A program made the translations under genes and the position numbers. Below, piece after piece: positions 27,028 to 38,136 of a stretch of 48,502 nt of DNA. The notes beneath the pieces are model-generated. The model did not search any database. It saw nothing but the letters and a program-made list of their open reading frames with translations, and was not told where the DNA came from. Origin of the DNA: a virus (lineage: Duplodnaviria > Caudoviricetes). Position 1 is the first letter of the stretch; every line of letters begins with the position of its first letter. The stretch lies in IMG/VR virus record IMGVR_UViG_3300033145_000424, positions 1-48,502 of that record; one strand, given 5' to 3'.

Positions 27028-27638
27028 TGGATAAGCTAGGTCTATACAATGGCGCTCTGCGGCTCTTAGGAGAGCGGAGCGTCACTCTTACTGAGAATCG
27101 GGAGCCTAGGCGGCTTCTCGATGATGTATGGGCTGACAATGCGCATGATGCATGGCTTGAGGTGGCTAATTGGAAGTTCGCTACTAAGTTCGTAAAGATC
27201 CAATATGACCCTGGGCAAGACATTGAGTTTGGCTATGCCAGGTCTTTTACTGTCCCGACAGACCATGTGGCAACCTCTGGCGTGTGGGTTGATGAGTATA
27301 AGCAATCTCCTCTAAGAGAGTATGAAGAGGAAGGGGGTGTATTTTATTCTGATCAAGATGAAATCTACGTCGCCTATGTTTCGCGTGACAAAGGGTCAGA
27401 TATAAATATTTGGCCTAATTCTTTTAGTCGCTTTGTTCAGGCGTTCATGGCAGTAGAGCTGGCTCCTCGGCTAAAGAATGATAAAGACGTTGGGTCGTTA
27501 TATGGGATTCTAGAAATGCGGAGACTGGAGGCGTGCAATAAAGACGCAAAGAAATCACCATCCCGCAAGCCTTCCAAGGGAACCTGGGTGTCTTCAAGAG
27601 GCGGGCGCAATAACTATCGGCTAGGATACCCAACCTAA
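27027..27638 (+). CDS. Tail tubular protein A (T7 gp11-like)
   Basis: N.AL..LG, WKFA, F...A..LA motifs; position. Confidence 0.8.
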   Translation: MDKLGLYNGALRLLGERSVTLTENREPRRLLDDVWADNAHDAWLEVANWKFATKFVKIQYDPGQDIEFGYARSFTVPTDHVATSGVWVDEYKQSPLREYEEEGGVFYSDQDEIYVAYVSRDKGSDINIWPNSFSRFVQAFMAVELAPRLKNDKDVGSLYGILEMRRLEACNKDAKKSPSRKPSKGTWVSSRGGRNNYRLGYPT

Positions 27639-30283
27639 TGCCTCGCCAGAACGCCCCCTTACTGGCTTTCAACAGGGGTATAGTTTCCAAGCTGGGGTTG
27701 GCTCGATTAGATTTAGAACGCCTTGCATGGGCTGCTCAAACTCAAACTAACTGGGTGCCTCGGTCGCTGGGGTCAATGATGCTTCGCCCTGGGTTTGAAT
27801 ATCTTGGGGCAGTTCCTGGTGAAACGTACTTCATTCCGTTTATCTATTCGAGCGATACCACAGCATTAATTGAGTTCACCAATAATTTGGTAAGAGTGTG
27901 GGTTGATGATGAGGTTATTTCTCGCACTGCTGTTACTGGCTCTATTGCAAACGGCACATTTGACAGCAATCTAACTAGCTGGACTGATGCCGATGAATCT
28001 GGAGCAACTTCTACCTGGAAGACTGGCGGCTATATGTCGCTTATTGGCACAGGGTTTAATGAGGCAATCAGACGGCAGACACTCACCGTCACTGACACTG
28101 GTGTAGCTCACCCTCTCAGAATAGAGATAGAAAGAGGCCCGGTTGTATTTAGGCTTGGGTCAACTTCTGGCGGCAGCGAATATCTTAACACCACGCTCAG
28201 TACCGGCACGCATAGCATTGAAGTCACCCCGTCCGGCAATTTATACATAGAGTTCGCAAGCACTACCAAATATGAAGTTCTGGTTGATTCAATCGCCCTT
28301 GAGGCAACGGGCGTGATGACGCTTGTTTCAGATTACGCTCTGGCAGATATATCTTATATTCGCTTTGACCAATCAGCAGATGTCGTTTTTCTTGCGTGCA
28401 AAGGGAAGCATCAAAAAAAACTTGAGAGAAGAAGCCAGCGCTCGTGGTCTCTGGTTGATTATGAAGCAGAGGATGGGCCCTTTGGCCTGATTAATGTGGG
28501 GCCAGTTAGATTAACGCCTAGCGCTCTTTCAGGAGATATTACGCTTACTGCTGACAAGGCATTTTTCACGGCAGATCATGTGGGGTCTTTGTTTAAGCTT
28601 GATTCCACCGGGCAACAGGTAACGCAGTCGCTTACCGGGGAAGATCAATATAGCAATTACATTAAAGTAACAGGGGTTGGCAATAGCAGGATATTCAACA
28701 TATTAACTACTGGCACATGGGTTGCAGCTGTCACATTACAGAGATCTGTTGAAGCACCAGGCACATGGGAAGATGTGCAAACTTACACGACAAACCAAAC
28801 CAAAACATATGATGATGGGCTTGATAATCAGGATATTTATTACCGAATAGGCATAAAAGCAGGCGACTACACATCTGGCACAGTAGACACGACCTTAACA
28901 TTTAGTGGTGGCACGCTTACTGGCATATGCAGGGTTAATGTGTTCACCAATGATCAAAGCGTTAGCGCTGCTGTATTGCAAGATATGGGCAATACTGATG
29001 CTGTGTCTGATTGGTACGAGGGACAATGGTCTGATGAAAGCGGGCATCCAACATCTGTAAGGCTATATGAAGGCAGGCTGTGGTGGGCTGGCAAGACTAA
29101 TCTATGGGGATCTGTGTCTGATGCATACACAAGCTATGATATCGATATAGAGGGTGACTCTAGGGCTATTAATCGCTCAATAGGGTTTGGGCCTGTAGAT
29201 GAAGTGCATTGGTTGCTTGCATTGAACAGGCTAATGATGGGTACTGTTGGGAGTGAGATATCGGCTAGATCCTCTTCACTAGATGAGGCTATTACATCAA
29301 CCAATGTAAATCTTAAAGAGGCATCAGATAAAGGGTCTTCTTATATTGATGCCGTAAAAACCGGGTCTAGAGGAATGTATGTCCAAAGATCTGGCATAAA
29401 GCTTTATGAGATGGCAATGTCAGATCAAGTTTATGGATATTATGACTCTAACGATCTTATGTTGTTGGTTCCCGAGATTGCTGCTGCCGGGATAAAAAGA
29501 ATTGCCGTGCAGAATGAGCCTGATACTAGGGTTCATGTTGTATTGAATGACGGAAGCGCGTTAGTTTTCCTTACAGATCCAGCTGAGAACCTAAAGGCCT
29601 GGATAACTGTTGAGACAGATGGCGACATAGAGGACGTTGTAATCCTTCCGGGGGCAGAGGAAGACCGGGTTTATTACACAATTGGCCGGGCAAACGGCCG
29701 GTATTTTGAGAAGTGGTCGCTAGAGTCTGAGTGCAGAGGCGCTGAGGTAGGTGGTTACGCGCAGTCGAAATGTATGGATTCCCACGTTTCAACCAGTGGC
29801 GAAGTAATCACAGGAGCTGGTCATTTAGAGGGGCAGACGGTCAATGTGTGGGCAGATGGCAAGAGCAAGGGTTCTTCTGTCGTTAGCGGCGGATCGTTTA
29901 CATTGGATGCGACTTATTCCGATGTTGTGTATGGTCTTGGCTACACTGCGGATTTCAAAAGCGCGAAACTGGCTTATGCAGCTGGAATGGGTACAGCGCT
30001 TAACCAGAGGAAAAAAGTTACCGGACTAGGGCTTGTGCTTGCAGATACGCATGCTTCAGGGCTTCAGTATGGAGCAGATTTCGACAACCTTGATGACTTA
30101 CCATCACAAGAGCAAGGCGTAGCTGTAGATGCGGATTATATCTGGGGTGAATACGATTTTGATGCCATGGAGTTTGACGGCACATGGGACACTGACTCGC
30201 GGCTGTGCTTAAGGGCAGAGTCACCCAAGCCATGCACTGTAGTTGGCGCAGTTGTTCAGGTAGTGACTCATGACAAAGCCTAA
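27638..30283 (+). CDS. Tail tubular protein B (T7 gp12-like)
   Basis: AFNRG.VS, G....RPG, YEGRLWWAG, HLEGQTV; 881 aa. Confidence 0.85.
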   Translation: MPRQNAPLLAFNRGIVSKLGLARLDLERLAWAAQTQTNWVPRSLGSMMLRPGFEYLGAVPGETYFIPFIYSSDTTALIEFTNNLVRVWVDDEVISRTAVTGSIANGTFDSNLTSWTDADESGATSTWKTGGYMSLIGTGFNEAIRRQTLTVTDTGVAHPLRIEIERGPVVFRLGSTSGGSEYLNTTLSTGTHSIEVTPSGNLYIEFASTTKYEVLVDSIALEATGVMTLVSDYALADISYIRFDQSADVVFLACKGKHQKKLERRSQRSWSLVDYEAEDGPFGLINVGPVRLTPSALSGDITLTADKAFFTADHVGSLFKLDSTGQQVTQSLTGEDQYSNYIKVTGVGNSRIFNILTTGTWVAAVTLQRSVEAPGTWEDVQTYTTNQTKTYDDGLDNQDIYYRIGIKAGDYTSGTVDTTLTFSGGTLTGICRVNVFTNDQSVSAAVLQDMGNTDAVSDWYEGQWSDESGHPTSVRLYEGRLWWAGKTNLWGSVSDAYTSYDIDIEGDSRAINRSIGFGPVDEVHWLLALNRLMMGTVGSEISARSSSLDEAITSTNVNLKEASDKGSSYIDAVKTGSRGMYVQRSGIKLYEMAMSDQVYGYYDSNDLMLLVPEIAAAGIKRIAVQNEPDTRVHVVLNDGSALVFLTDPAENLKAWITVETDGDIEDVVILPGAEEDRVYYTIGRANGRYFEKWSLESECRGAEVGGYAQSKCMDSHVSTSGEVITGAGHLEGQTVNVWADGKSKGSSVVSGGSFTLDATYSDVVYGLGYTADFKSAKLAYAAGMGTALNQRKKVTGLGLVLADTHASGLQYGADFDNLDDLPSQEQGVAVDADYIWGEYDFDAMEFDGTWDTDSRLCLRAESPKPCTVVGAVVQVVTHDKA

Positions 30284-30641
30284 CCCTATTGAGATTCGGC
30301 CAGTGACTATTGGTGACTGGGTGTCATTTTATGGCGAGAAACCAGAGAGGGCTATTCGTGGATTTGCTGGAGTTCGAGGGGATGAGGTTTTAGGAATTGC
30401 TGGGCTACAGATGCTTGATGGGCAGATGATGGCCTTTAGTGAATACACTGAGGAAGCTAAAAAATATCCGGTAAGCACCATGAAGATGGCCAAGAAGATG
30501 ATGAGGATGATTGAGCAGTATGGCGGAAGCGTGTTTGCTATCGCGAATCCACATGAAGCAACGGCTAAAGCGTTCCTTAAGCGCCTTGGGTTTGCATACT
30601 CTGGATCTACAGATATTGCTGACATCTACAAGCTGAGATGA
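30270..30641 (+). CDS. GNAT-like virion assembly protein (T7 gp13-like)
   Basis: FLKRLGF motif; position after tail tube B. Confidence 0.65.
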   Translation: MTKPNPIEIRPVTIGDWVSFYGEKPERAIRGFAGVRGDEVLGIAGLQMLDGQMMAFSEYTEEAKKYPVSTMKMAKKMMRMIEQYGGSVFAIANPHEATAKAFLKRLGFAYSGSTDIADIYKLR

Positions 30642-30642
30642 C

Positions 30643-31329
30643 ATGAGAAGAGACAGACTAAATTGGAAGGCTACTTATGAAGTAGATATATTTCGTCCTA
30701 AGCAGCTGTTGCCAACAGAATGGTTTGCTGCGCCTGCTGTAGCCGGTGCAGCGGCAGGGGGAACAGCAGCGGCGGCAGGAACGGCGGCAGCAACCACAGC
30801 GGCGGCGGCCGGGGCAACCGCCGCAGGAACAGCAGCTGCTACAGGTATAACTGCGGCGCAGGTAATGACTGCGATGCAGATTGCTGGCACGGCAATGACC
30901 GCATTAAGCATGATGAGTAAAGGCGGGGAAGAGTATGGTGCGGCAAAGTACGATGCTGCTCAGCTTGAAGCTGGAGCAAAGGCGGAAGAGGCCAAGTCTC
31001 AGCGTGTCGCCGCTGCTGAAAGGCGGAAAGCCAGAATACTACAATCGAATGCTTTAGCTGCTGCTGTTGCTGGCGGGTCTACGGCCACAGATGTTGGTGT
31101 TTTAGACATCACAAGTGACATCGCCCAAGAAGGAGAATATAACGCTGCATTGGCTTTGTGGGAAGGTTCAGAGCGAGCAGCTGGAAAAAGAACGCAAGCT
31201 GGTGTAAGGAAGTGGGAAGGAAAACAGAAAAAGAAAGCATCTAAGCGCAAGGCGTTTGGTTCTGTGTTAAGCGCTGCGCCAGGAATTTATAGCTCTGGCA
31301 AGAAGGCTGGAATGTGGGGCAAGGGCTAA
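30643..31329 (+). CDS. Internal virion protein (gp14-like)
   Basis: Ala/Gly-rich; position. Confidence 0.6.
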   Translation: MRRDRLNWKATYEVDIFRPKQLLPTEWFAAPAVAGAAAGGTAAAAGTAAATTAAAAGATAAGTAAATGITAAQVMTAMQIAGTAMTALSMMSKGGEEYGAAKYDAAQLEAGAKAEEAKSQRVAAAERRKARILQSNALAAAVAGGSTATDVGVLDITSDIAQEGEYNAALALWEGSERAAGKRTQAGVRKWEGKQKKKASKRKAFGSVLSAAPGIYSSGKKAGMWGKG

Positions 31330-32960
31330 TGGCAATACCGGACGTAACCGCCCTGCCAAGGCACATGCCAACCGCAACCAGGCCAGTTGCCAGCTATCGG
31401 CCAGTAGATAGCGGTGTTGGAGAATTGGGCGCAGGAATAAGCAATCTAGGCGCTGGCTTTCAGCAAATTCAAGAGCAGGAAGAGACAGAGCGCGACCAAT
31501 TAGAGAGGGTTCAGGCTAAATCTGCATGGCTTAATCATAGGATTAACGCGCAGGCCACATCTAAAAAGAATGATGATTATTCTACTCTGCCAAAAACCCA
31601 TACGGATGAGCTGGAAAAAAGCAGGCAGTCAGTACTTGAGGGCATAACTAACCCACAGAGCAGAGCTATATTTGAAGCTGAAACCAGCGCAGACATGGCT
31701 AAAGAGGGAAGCTGGGCAAATGATACTGCCTTTGGTAAAGAGAGCGACCACCAAAACGCCACACTAAACACTGATCTTGAAGTATTACTTGAAAACGCAT
31801 ACACGGTTGAAGACAAAGAGCTAAGAGACCAGATCCTGCAGAATATTCAGGATAGGATTGATCTTCACGCAGACAATGGGTTCTATGGTGCAAATGGCGA
31901 GCAGAAAGCCGTAGCATCAAAGAAGGCTGCCGTATCTAAGTTTGCTCTGAACAAAATCCAGATGGCCCCACCTGAAGAACGAGCAGATATGCTCAAAGGT
32001 GAGCTAAAGAAATTCATTGATGCGCCAACTAGAGCAAAGCTGAAAGAAGAAGCTGAAGCTGAAATTAAAGCAGATGATGCTGACCGCATAGAGTCGCAGG
32101 CTTATGCCTTTGCTGATGCTTGGGTAAGTAAAGGACTAGAGCCAGATCAAGCCGAAAAAGAGCTAAGAAAAGTGCCGGTTAAATTGAGGGATGAGGCAAG
32201 AGCTGAATATACCCGCCAGAACAACATTAAAGAGAACAAGGAAAAGAACGATAAATTTGACACATATCAAGAGCTGGCAAAAAACATTGATGAAGACGGC
32301 CTAACCTACGAGCAGGTAAGGATGGCCGAGGGGTTTGACAAGCTTGATGACAATCACAGGGACGCGCTGAAGAAAAGAGATTACTCAACCAAGGCGGGGG
32401 TCGTACCAAAGAGCTCAGACAGAATTGTGCTTGATAAACTTATTGGCCTTGAGCAGGCTGGCGAGTGGGATGAGGCAAGGACATTTTTTATTGAAAGCGG
32501 GCATTTGTTAGATGAGTCTGATTATTCTACTCACTCAAAATCAACCCAAGAAAAACATCTTGAGCCTGCGAATAAAGAGCTTTACACAAATCAACAGGTT
32601 TTGGCGTCCAAGTTAAAGGATGTGAAAAACGACAATGAGATTGGCGCAATCAAGAGCCACATGGAGAAGTGGTATAGAGACTATCAAGCTCTTCATGAGG
32701 GCAAGATTCCATCTAGAGATGAGTTTAACGTAGAAGCCGATAGAGCTATTCTCGATACTGATCTTTGGTTCTGGGAAGAGGGCTTCCAGGGTCGCGGTGC
32801 AGAGCATCCACAGGCCATTGAGAAAGGATTGCTCCTATCGTTCACTGAGCAGCAAAGAGCCAGGGCATCAAAGGCCTACGCAACAAGATATGGTGGTGAG
32901 CCAGATAGCAAACAGTTATTCGACTACATGAAAGCGGCATCTCAGATGAGGCCAAAGTGA
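31329..32960 (+). CDS. Internal virion (ejection) protein
   Basis: Helical and charged; position. Confidence 0.6.
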   Translation: MAIPDVTALPRHMPTATRPVASYRPVDSGVGELGAGISNLGAGFQQIQEQEETERDQLERVQAKSAWLNHRINAQATSKKNDDYSTLPKTHTDELEKSRQSVLEGITNPQSRAIFEAETSADMAKEGSWANDTAFGKESDHQNATLNTDLEVLLENAYTVEDKELRDQILQNIQDRIDLHADNGFYGANGEQKAVASKKAAVSKFALNKIQMAPPEERADMLKGELKKFIDAPTRAKLKEEAEAEIKADDADRIESQAYAFADAWVSKGLEPDQAEKELRKVPVKLRDEARAEYTRQNNIKENKEKNDKFDTYQELAKNIDEDGLTYEQVRMAEGFDKLDDNHRDALKKRDYSTKAGVVPKSSDRIVLDKLIGLEQAGEWDEARTFFIESGHLLDESDYSTHSKSTQEKHLEPANKELYTNQQVLASKLKDVKNDNEIGAIKSHMEKWYRDYQALHEGKIPSRDEFNVEADRAILDTDLWFWEEGFQGRGAEHPQAIEKGLLLSFTEQQRARASKAYATRYGGEPDSKQLFDYMKAASQMRPK

Positions 32961-35449
32961 GTCCGCTAGCTACTCAAGACGATTCTGATTTCATCTTTGG
33001 CGAGCCTGAAGATAATCTAGGGCTTAGTCTTCAGCTTGGCATGAAGCAGGAGCCTGATAAGTTTTCTAAAGATCAGGCTATCGCTGATCAATTTGCTGTT
33101 CCCCGTGAAACTGTAGAGAGAAACCCGAAAGAGTTTGAGTTCAAGATCCGCAATGAAGAGATGGATCATGAGAAGATCAGGCGTGATACGCCCTCATTAG
33201 CTAAGTTTTTGGCATATCCTGACAATGCATCACAGGCGCATGATGATGTTGAGAGTTTAAGTTCACTAGAGCTTGCTGAAAGAAAGTATAGAGAGAGCCA
33301 GCCTAGAGGTGTATTTGAAAACACAACCAGAGGGTTTGCTACTCGAGCTTTTGATCTTGTAGGAAATTTCGCACAAGCCGTTGGGGTTTCTGCTAAAGGT
33401 GGAGAGCAGTGGCTTGCTGACTTCACCGGAATAAACCCCGGCGTTAAGTTTGGCGAAGATGGGGTTTCCTGGAAGTGGGATTTAGACCCTGAAAAGACAG
33501 GCGATTTCCTGAATGTTGCAGGCGAAAGCATAGAAGAGTTTGCAGCCGAGGCCTTTGATTATGTGCCAGGGTTTACCTGGGAAGAGCTGAAGGGCGATGT
33601 GACTCCAGAGAATCTAGCTGGATACATCTTTGAGCAGGGTGTAAGGACTATCCCTGATATGTTTGCGGCAATGTATACGTTGCCCGCTTACATAACTTCT
33701 AGGTCTGAAGAGATTGCAGAAGCAAGGGTTGAGAATGATCTACGAACACAGGTGGAGCCTAAAGACCTAATAACAGCTGTTCCAATAGCTGTAACTGTTT
33801 CCTTTTTGGAAAGGATCGGTGCGCTGTCAGTGTTTAAACCTGGAAGAATCACCGGGTTAAGGCAAGTGCCTGGAGCCATAGGAAAGGCGACTGCCGGTGA
33901 AAGCGCTACTGAGTTCATTCAAGAGCAGCTTGAGTACGCTGGAGAAACATTAGGAACCAAGAAAGAGTTCAGCCCTTGGGAGATGCTTGACCGAGGCATA
34001 GGTGGTGCGGTTGCTGGGGGAGGTATGGGCGGTGGAATACGCTCTGCTACAGCCTCGGCAGAGGCTACGCTGTTTGGCAAAAAGGTACAGGAAATTGCTC
34101 AGTCCAGCGGAGAGCAGCAACTGCTGGATACCATCTCTCAAGTGGCTGCAGAATCAAAACTAAATCAGAGAAACCAGGGGTTATTCCAGCAGTTTACTGA
34201 AAGCCTCGGTAGCCAGACCGTGGTTTATGTTCCAAGCGATGTGATGGAAGAGAGCTACACTGGTGATGATCAAGATATTATAAGGCAGATGGAAGAATCA
34301 AAAGCGATGGGCGGTGCAGATATTGTGCTGCCTATTGATGTTTACACCACAAAAGTGGCAGTTGATTCTAATATCCAAGCTATTCGGCCTCACGCAAGGC
34401 TGTCTGAAGAATCGCTATCGCAGTTTGAAATGGAGCAAACCGACCTTAAACAAGACATGATTGATCTTGTAGGAAGGGTGCAGGCTGATGTTGAGGTTAG
34501 AACTGAGTTAGATGAGATCGGTGCGGATGTTGAAAGGCAGCTAATTGAAACAAAAAGAGTAGTGCCTATGCATGCTAAAAAGATGTCGGCACTGATCACC
34601 AGCAACGCCAAGGCAAAATCAGAGCGCCTATGGAAAGAGAAGGGCGTGAAGATTTCACCTAAAGAGATATACGAAAAGGCAATTAAGAAGGTCAAGGGGC
34701 CAGATGGTCAGGTTGATGCAGAAGAGGCTCTGCAGCAGGCCAAGACTGAAGGCTATAAAGGGGGAAGCCAAGGCGAAGCGGCGGAATGGGTTAGGGCGGT
34801 GCAGAAATTTGGGCCGGAAGGGATGACTAAAGAAGCCAGGATGGGGCGGGCTAAGGGGATGGGATTTAACACTGAGCAGGTGCTTTATCATGGTACAACT
34901 CATACGGACATCGAGTCATTCTTACCTAAAAGCGGTGAGGCGCTGCGGCTCCATAGATTGGCAAAAAAAACTGACGCCCCATTTGGGACGCATATGTTCC
35001 GAAAGGGAATATTTTTCAGTCCTGATCCAGCATATGCAGGTAGTTACACAGAAGAAGACACCGGGCTTATTTACCCCGTGTATGCAAAAGCAAGCAACCC
35101 AGCAGTATTCAATGGGCTTACCAAGCAATGGTCAATTAGGGATGAAAGCACCACACCTGATGCAATGCATATTACAGACGGGGAAAAGGTCGTAGAGGTC
35201 GCAATCATTAACCCCTCTCAAATCCGCTCAGTCAACGCTGCCTTTGACCCTGACTTCAAAGAGCTTGGGGATCTGTTAGCTCAAGCCAAGCCCGGTGCGC
35301 AATATGCCCAAACAGAAGTAACCACAACAGAAACAATCCGCGAAACAGGCGAAGTAGTAGAAATCACTGAGAATGGTGAGGTCGCGTATAATCGAACACA
35401 ACAAAGAATGCAGTCACTTCAGAACATGATTACTTGCTTAAGGAACTAG
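32957..35449 (+). CDS. Large internal virion protein with C-terminal ADP-ribosyltransferase-like (ART-PolyVal-like) domain
   Basis: LYHGT...GIFFS...A.SY...IYPVY...NP...PSQIRSVNAAFDP. Confidence 0.65.
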   Translation: MSPLATQDDSDFIFGEPEDNLGLSLQLGMKQEPDKFSKDQAIADQFAVPRETVERNPKEFEFKIRNEEMDHEKIRRDTPSLAKFLAYPDNASQAHDDVESLSSLELAERKYRESQPRGVFENTTRGFATRAFDLVGNFAQAVGVSAKGGEQWLADFTGINPGVKFGEDGVSWKWDLDPEKTGDFLNVAGESIEEFAAEAFDYVPGFTWEELKGDVTPENLAGYIFEQGVRTIPDMFAAMYTLPAYITSRSEEIAEARVENDLRTQVEPKDLITAVPIAVTVSFLERIGALSVFKPGRITGLRQVPGAIGKATAGESATEFIQEQLEYAGETLGTKKEFSPWEMLDRGIGGAVAGGGMGGGIRSATASAEATLFGKKVQEIAQSSGEQQLLDTISQVAAESKLNQRNQGLFQQFTESLGSQTVVYVPSDVMEESYTGDDQDIIRQMEESKAMGGADIVLPIDVYTTKVAVDSNIQAIRPHARLSEESLSQFEMEQTDLKQDMIDLVGRVQADVEVRTELDEIGADVERQLIETKRVVPMHAKKMSALITSNAKAKSERLWKEKGVKISPKEIYEKAIKKVKGPDGQVDAEEALQQAKTEGYKGGSQGEAAEWVRAVQKFGPEGMTKEARMGRAKGMGFNTEQVLYHGTTHTDIESFLPKSGEALRLHRLAKKTDAPFGTHMFRKGIFFSPDPAYAGSYTEEDTGLIYPVYAKASNPAVFNGLTKQWSIRDESTTPDAMHITDGEKVVEVAIINPSQIRSVNAAFDPDFKELGDLLAQAKPGAQYAQTEVTTTETIRETGEVVEITENGEVAYNRTQQRMQSLQNMITCLRN

Positions 35450-35450
35450 A

Positions 35451-35765
35451 ATGGATGATCAATACCTACAGCAACGCCTAGATACATTCGAGCGCAATCA
35501 GATGCAGATAAGCGATAAAGTAGACAAGATGGCCGATGCGGTGCTGGTGCTAGCCAGGGTTGAAGAGCGGCAGCTAAATGACCATCAAGAGTTGCATGAG
35601 CTAAAGAAAGGCCAAGACAAACTGTTCGACAGGCTGCGAATTGCCGAAAGTAATCAGGCGGTAAATACATCAAAGATGGGGTCTGGTGAAAAGGTGTTTT
35701 GGCGGGTTTTTGGCGGGGCCGTCTCGCTTGCAGTTGCAATTGCGGCATGGAACGCAAGAACGTGA
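35451..35765 (+). CDS. Coiled-coil protein with C-terminal TM (XhlA/holin-like)
   Basis: LARVEERQ coiled coil; single C-terminal hydrophobic helix. Confidence 0.5.
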   Translation: MDDQYLQQRLDTFERNQMQISDKVDKMADAVLVLARVEERQLNDHQELHELKKGQDKLFDRLRIAESNQAVNTSKMGSGEKVFWRVFGGAVSLAVAIAAWNART

Positions 35766-36112
35766 GCATCAGCCAGGAAGAGCTAAAAGGCAGGGAGAAT
35801 AGGGGGGCAAAGATCCGCTCTATTAAATCTGCGCCGACCCAAAAGCCACAACAGGTCGAGGTCAATCTTACTGCTGAGACGCAAGTGGTAGAAGTAGAGG
35901 TTGAAGTAAAATCCACACCCCAAGAAGTTGAGATAAAGCTAACTGATGAGGGAAAATTACAAGGCCTCATAAGCCAGGTAGCGGAACTCACTCGGATCGT
36001 TGGCCGGTTAATCGAAGATAGGGAGCAGGATACGCGAGCTTTTGAAATGGATGTGATTTATGATGCGCGCGGTAAAATTACAGGAGTAAAGGGCGCAAGG
36101 AGTGATCCTTAA
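35747..36112 (+). CDS. Hypothetical protein
   Basis: VEV-repeat ORF ending DARGKITGV. Confidence 0.55.
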   Translation: MERKNVSISQEELKGRENRGAKIRSIKSAPTQKPQQVEVNLTAETQVVEVEVEVKSTPQEVEIKLTDEGKLQGLISQVAELTRIVGRLIEDREQDTRAFEMDVIYDARGKITGVKGARSDP

Positions 36113-38136
36113 TGGAACTCAGGCCTGTAGGCATACCAATTGATTATAAGGCGCAGACGATAACCGTTGCTAAACTGGGCGGGGACTTCACCTCGATTAA
36201 AGACGCCTGTGACTCAATCTCAGATTCAGCTATTGATAAAAGATATATCATCTCAGCTTATCCTGGTGATTACACAGAAGCACCATTCACCATACCTACT
36301 TATGTGAGTGCTGTTGGTGTAGATAAGCACCCTATAAGATTATTTCCTAGTGATAACAACACTGACTTTGTCAATCTTTCTGCTAATGCGGAGATTAATG
36401 AATTCATTATCACGGCCCCAACAAATGCAGCAGGCATTAGAGTTAATAATGTTGGTGGGGCATTAGTAGATGATTGTGATATTAACGGCGGCCTTTATGG
36501 GCTGCGCGTTAGCGGAAGCAGTGGCAGATGCACAGTAAACCGCCTCGACACCACCGGTAACGATAGGAATTTATTTGCTGAAACATCCTCTAGAATAACC
36601 GTGCTGTCTGTAAGAAGCACGGGTGGCGCTTATGGTGCATACGCTGATAACGCAACAATAGATATAAGAGATGCGATTATTATTCTTTGCTCAGCTGCTG
36701 GTGCTCTTGCTACAGGCGGTGGTCGTATCACGGCAAATATGGCTAGTATTATTGTCTGCTCTTATGGTGTAAGGGTTGAAGCAAATTCAGAACTTGATGC
36801 ATCTAATTTAAGATTCGGAACAATTACTAATGATGAAGTATCACAAGACGATGATACTGCCCGCATAGAAATAACCTCTGGAAGATACAATAGCGAGAAA
36901 AGGCAGATAACCAACTGGGATAATGTTGAGTTAGATGGCTTCGATATTTTTCCAGGCAATAAAGGCTACGAGATTGTTAACGAATTGCATGTAGGTGTGC
37001 CAGAAGCAGGTAGAGAGTCGTGTGTCGGTGAAGGTGATTCTTATACTAGAGGCATGCTTGTCTATACCTATGACGGTGTGGACTACGCGGATGTTTCAAC
37101 CGCTGCGGCCAGTAGTGCGGGTTCAACTTTCACATTCCCGAACACGGATGTTGATACAGCTATCTATGTTGCATCAAGCTTAGCGCATGGGGACAAAATA
37201 CAGCATTTAGGAATAAAGCAAGCAATAAGTGCCGCTGTAACACTTGGCGGTGGTGAGATTATTGCTGAATACTATAATGGAGCTTGGATTGAGTTCTCTA
37301 TTATGTCGTCAGAATCTACTGCTGATTACTTTCCTTTGGACGGAAGTTTGTTTGCAGTAGTAGGTGATATACACACGCGCTACAGCTGTAAGATCCCTAC
37401 TGACTGGGCAAAATTTGATCCAATGACGTTAAATACGGATTATTATTGGGTGAGATTTAGAATAAAAACAACTATAACTACTGCACCAACTTTTGAACAA
37501 TGGAGGTTGCATTCAAACCATACGGAAATGAACCCTGATGGATGGATTGAATACTTTGGAACCGCCAGGCCTATTGGCAGATTACCGTGGGGTGTTGAAT
37601 TATTAAAGCCGATTAATACTGATAGTCCCGCTAATCAGGATTTATTTTTATCTGACCATCTTGGGTTGGGGAGAGCTGAGAATAAATTTCAAAACAATGC
37701 CACAGACAGGACGGCTTTAGCGACATACCTCCCATTTGATTATGACACTAGCTGTCCTTTAAGAATTGTACTGACATATATTACTGATGATGCGACAGCG
37801 GGCAATATTAGGTGGGTTATTAGGTGGGCTTACAGTCAGGATGGGAATAATATTTATAGGTCTTCCGCAGGCGCTCCTACAGCTCATAGCACGGAGCAGT
37901 CCATAATTGAGATTGTTACTGCACCGACTGCTGCCGACACCCAGGGGTCTGCGGTTATTCAATTAGATACAAGTAAATTAGTTTCCAGGCGTTCAGGCAC
38001 TCCCAACTATGGGGACATCCTTTGGGTTTCTATAGAAAGAGAGGGGCCCCATGCCGACGATACCCATGAGGGTGATGTTGCCATAATTCAATTAACAGCA
38101 AATTATACGCAATGGTGCGAAGGTGGCCACGCATGA
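36112..38136 (+). CDS. Tailspike-like protein with probable parallel beta-helix N-terminus
   Basis: TVAKLGGDFTSIKDA...PGDYTE pectin-lyase-like start. Confidence 0.55.
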   Translation: MELRPVGIPIDYKAQTITVAKLGGDFTSIKDACDSISDSAIDKRYIISAYPGDYTEAPFTIPTYVSAVGVDKHPIRLFPSDNNTDFVNLSANAEINEFIITAPTNAAGIRVNNVGGALVDDCDINGGLYGLRVSGSSGRCTVNRLDTTGNDRNLFAETSSRITVLSVRSTGGAYGAYADNATIDIRDAIIILCSAAGALATGGGRITANMASIIVCSYGVRVEANSELDASNLRFGTITNDEVSQDDDTARIEITSGRYNSEKRQITNWDNVELDGFDIFPGNKGYEIVNELHVGVPEAGRESCVGEGDSYTRGMLVYTYDGVDYADVSTAAASSAGSTFTFPNTDVDTAIYVASSLAHGDKIQHLGIKQAISAAVTLGGGEIIAEYYNGAWIEFSIMSSESTADYFPLDGSLFAVVGDIHTRYSCKIPTDWAKFDPMTLNTDYYWVRFRIKTTITTAPTFEQWRLHSNHTEMNPDGWIEYFGTARPIGRLPWGVELLKPINTDSPANQDLFLSDHLGLGRAENKFQNNATDRTALATYLPFDYDTSCPLRIVLTYITDDATAGNIRWVIRWAYSQDGNNIYRSSAGAPTAHSTEQSIIEIVTAPTAADTQGSAVIQLDTSKLVSRRSGTPNYGDILWVSIEREGPHADDTHEGDVAIIQLTANYTQWCEGGHA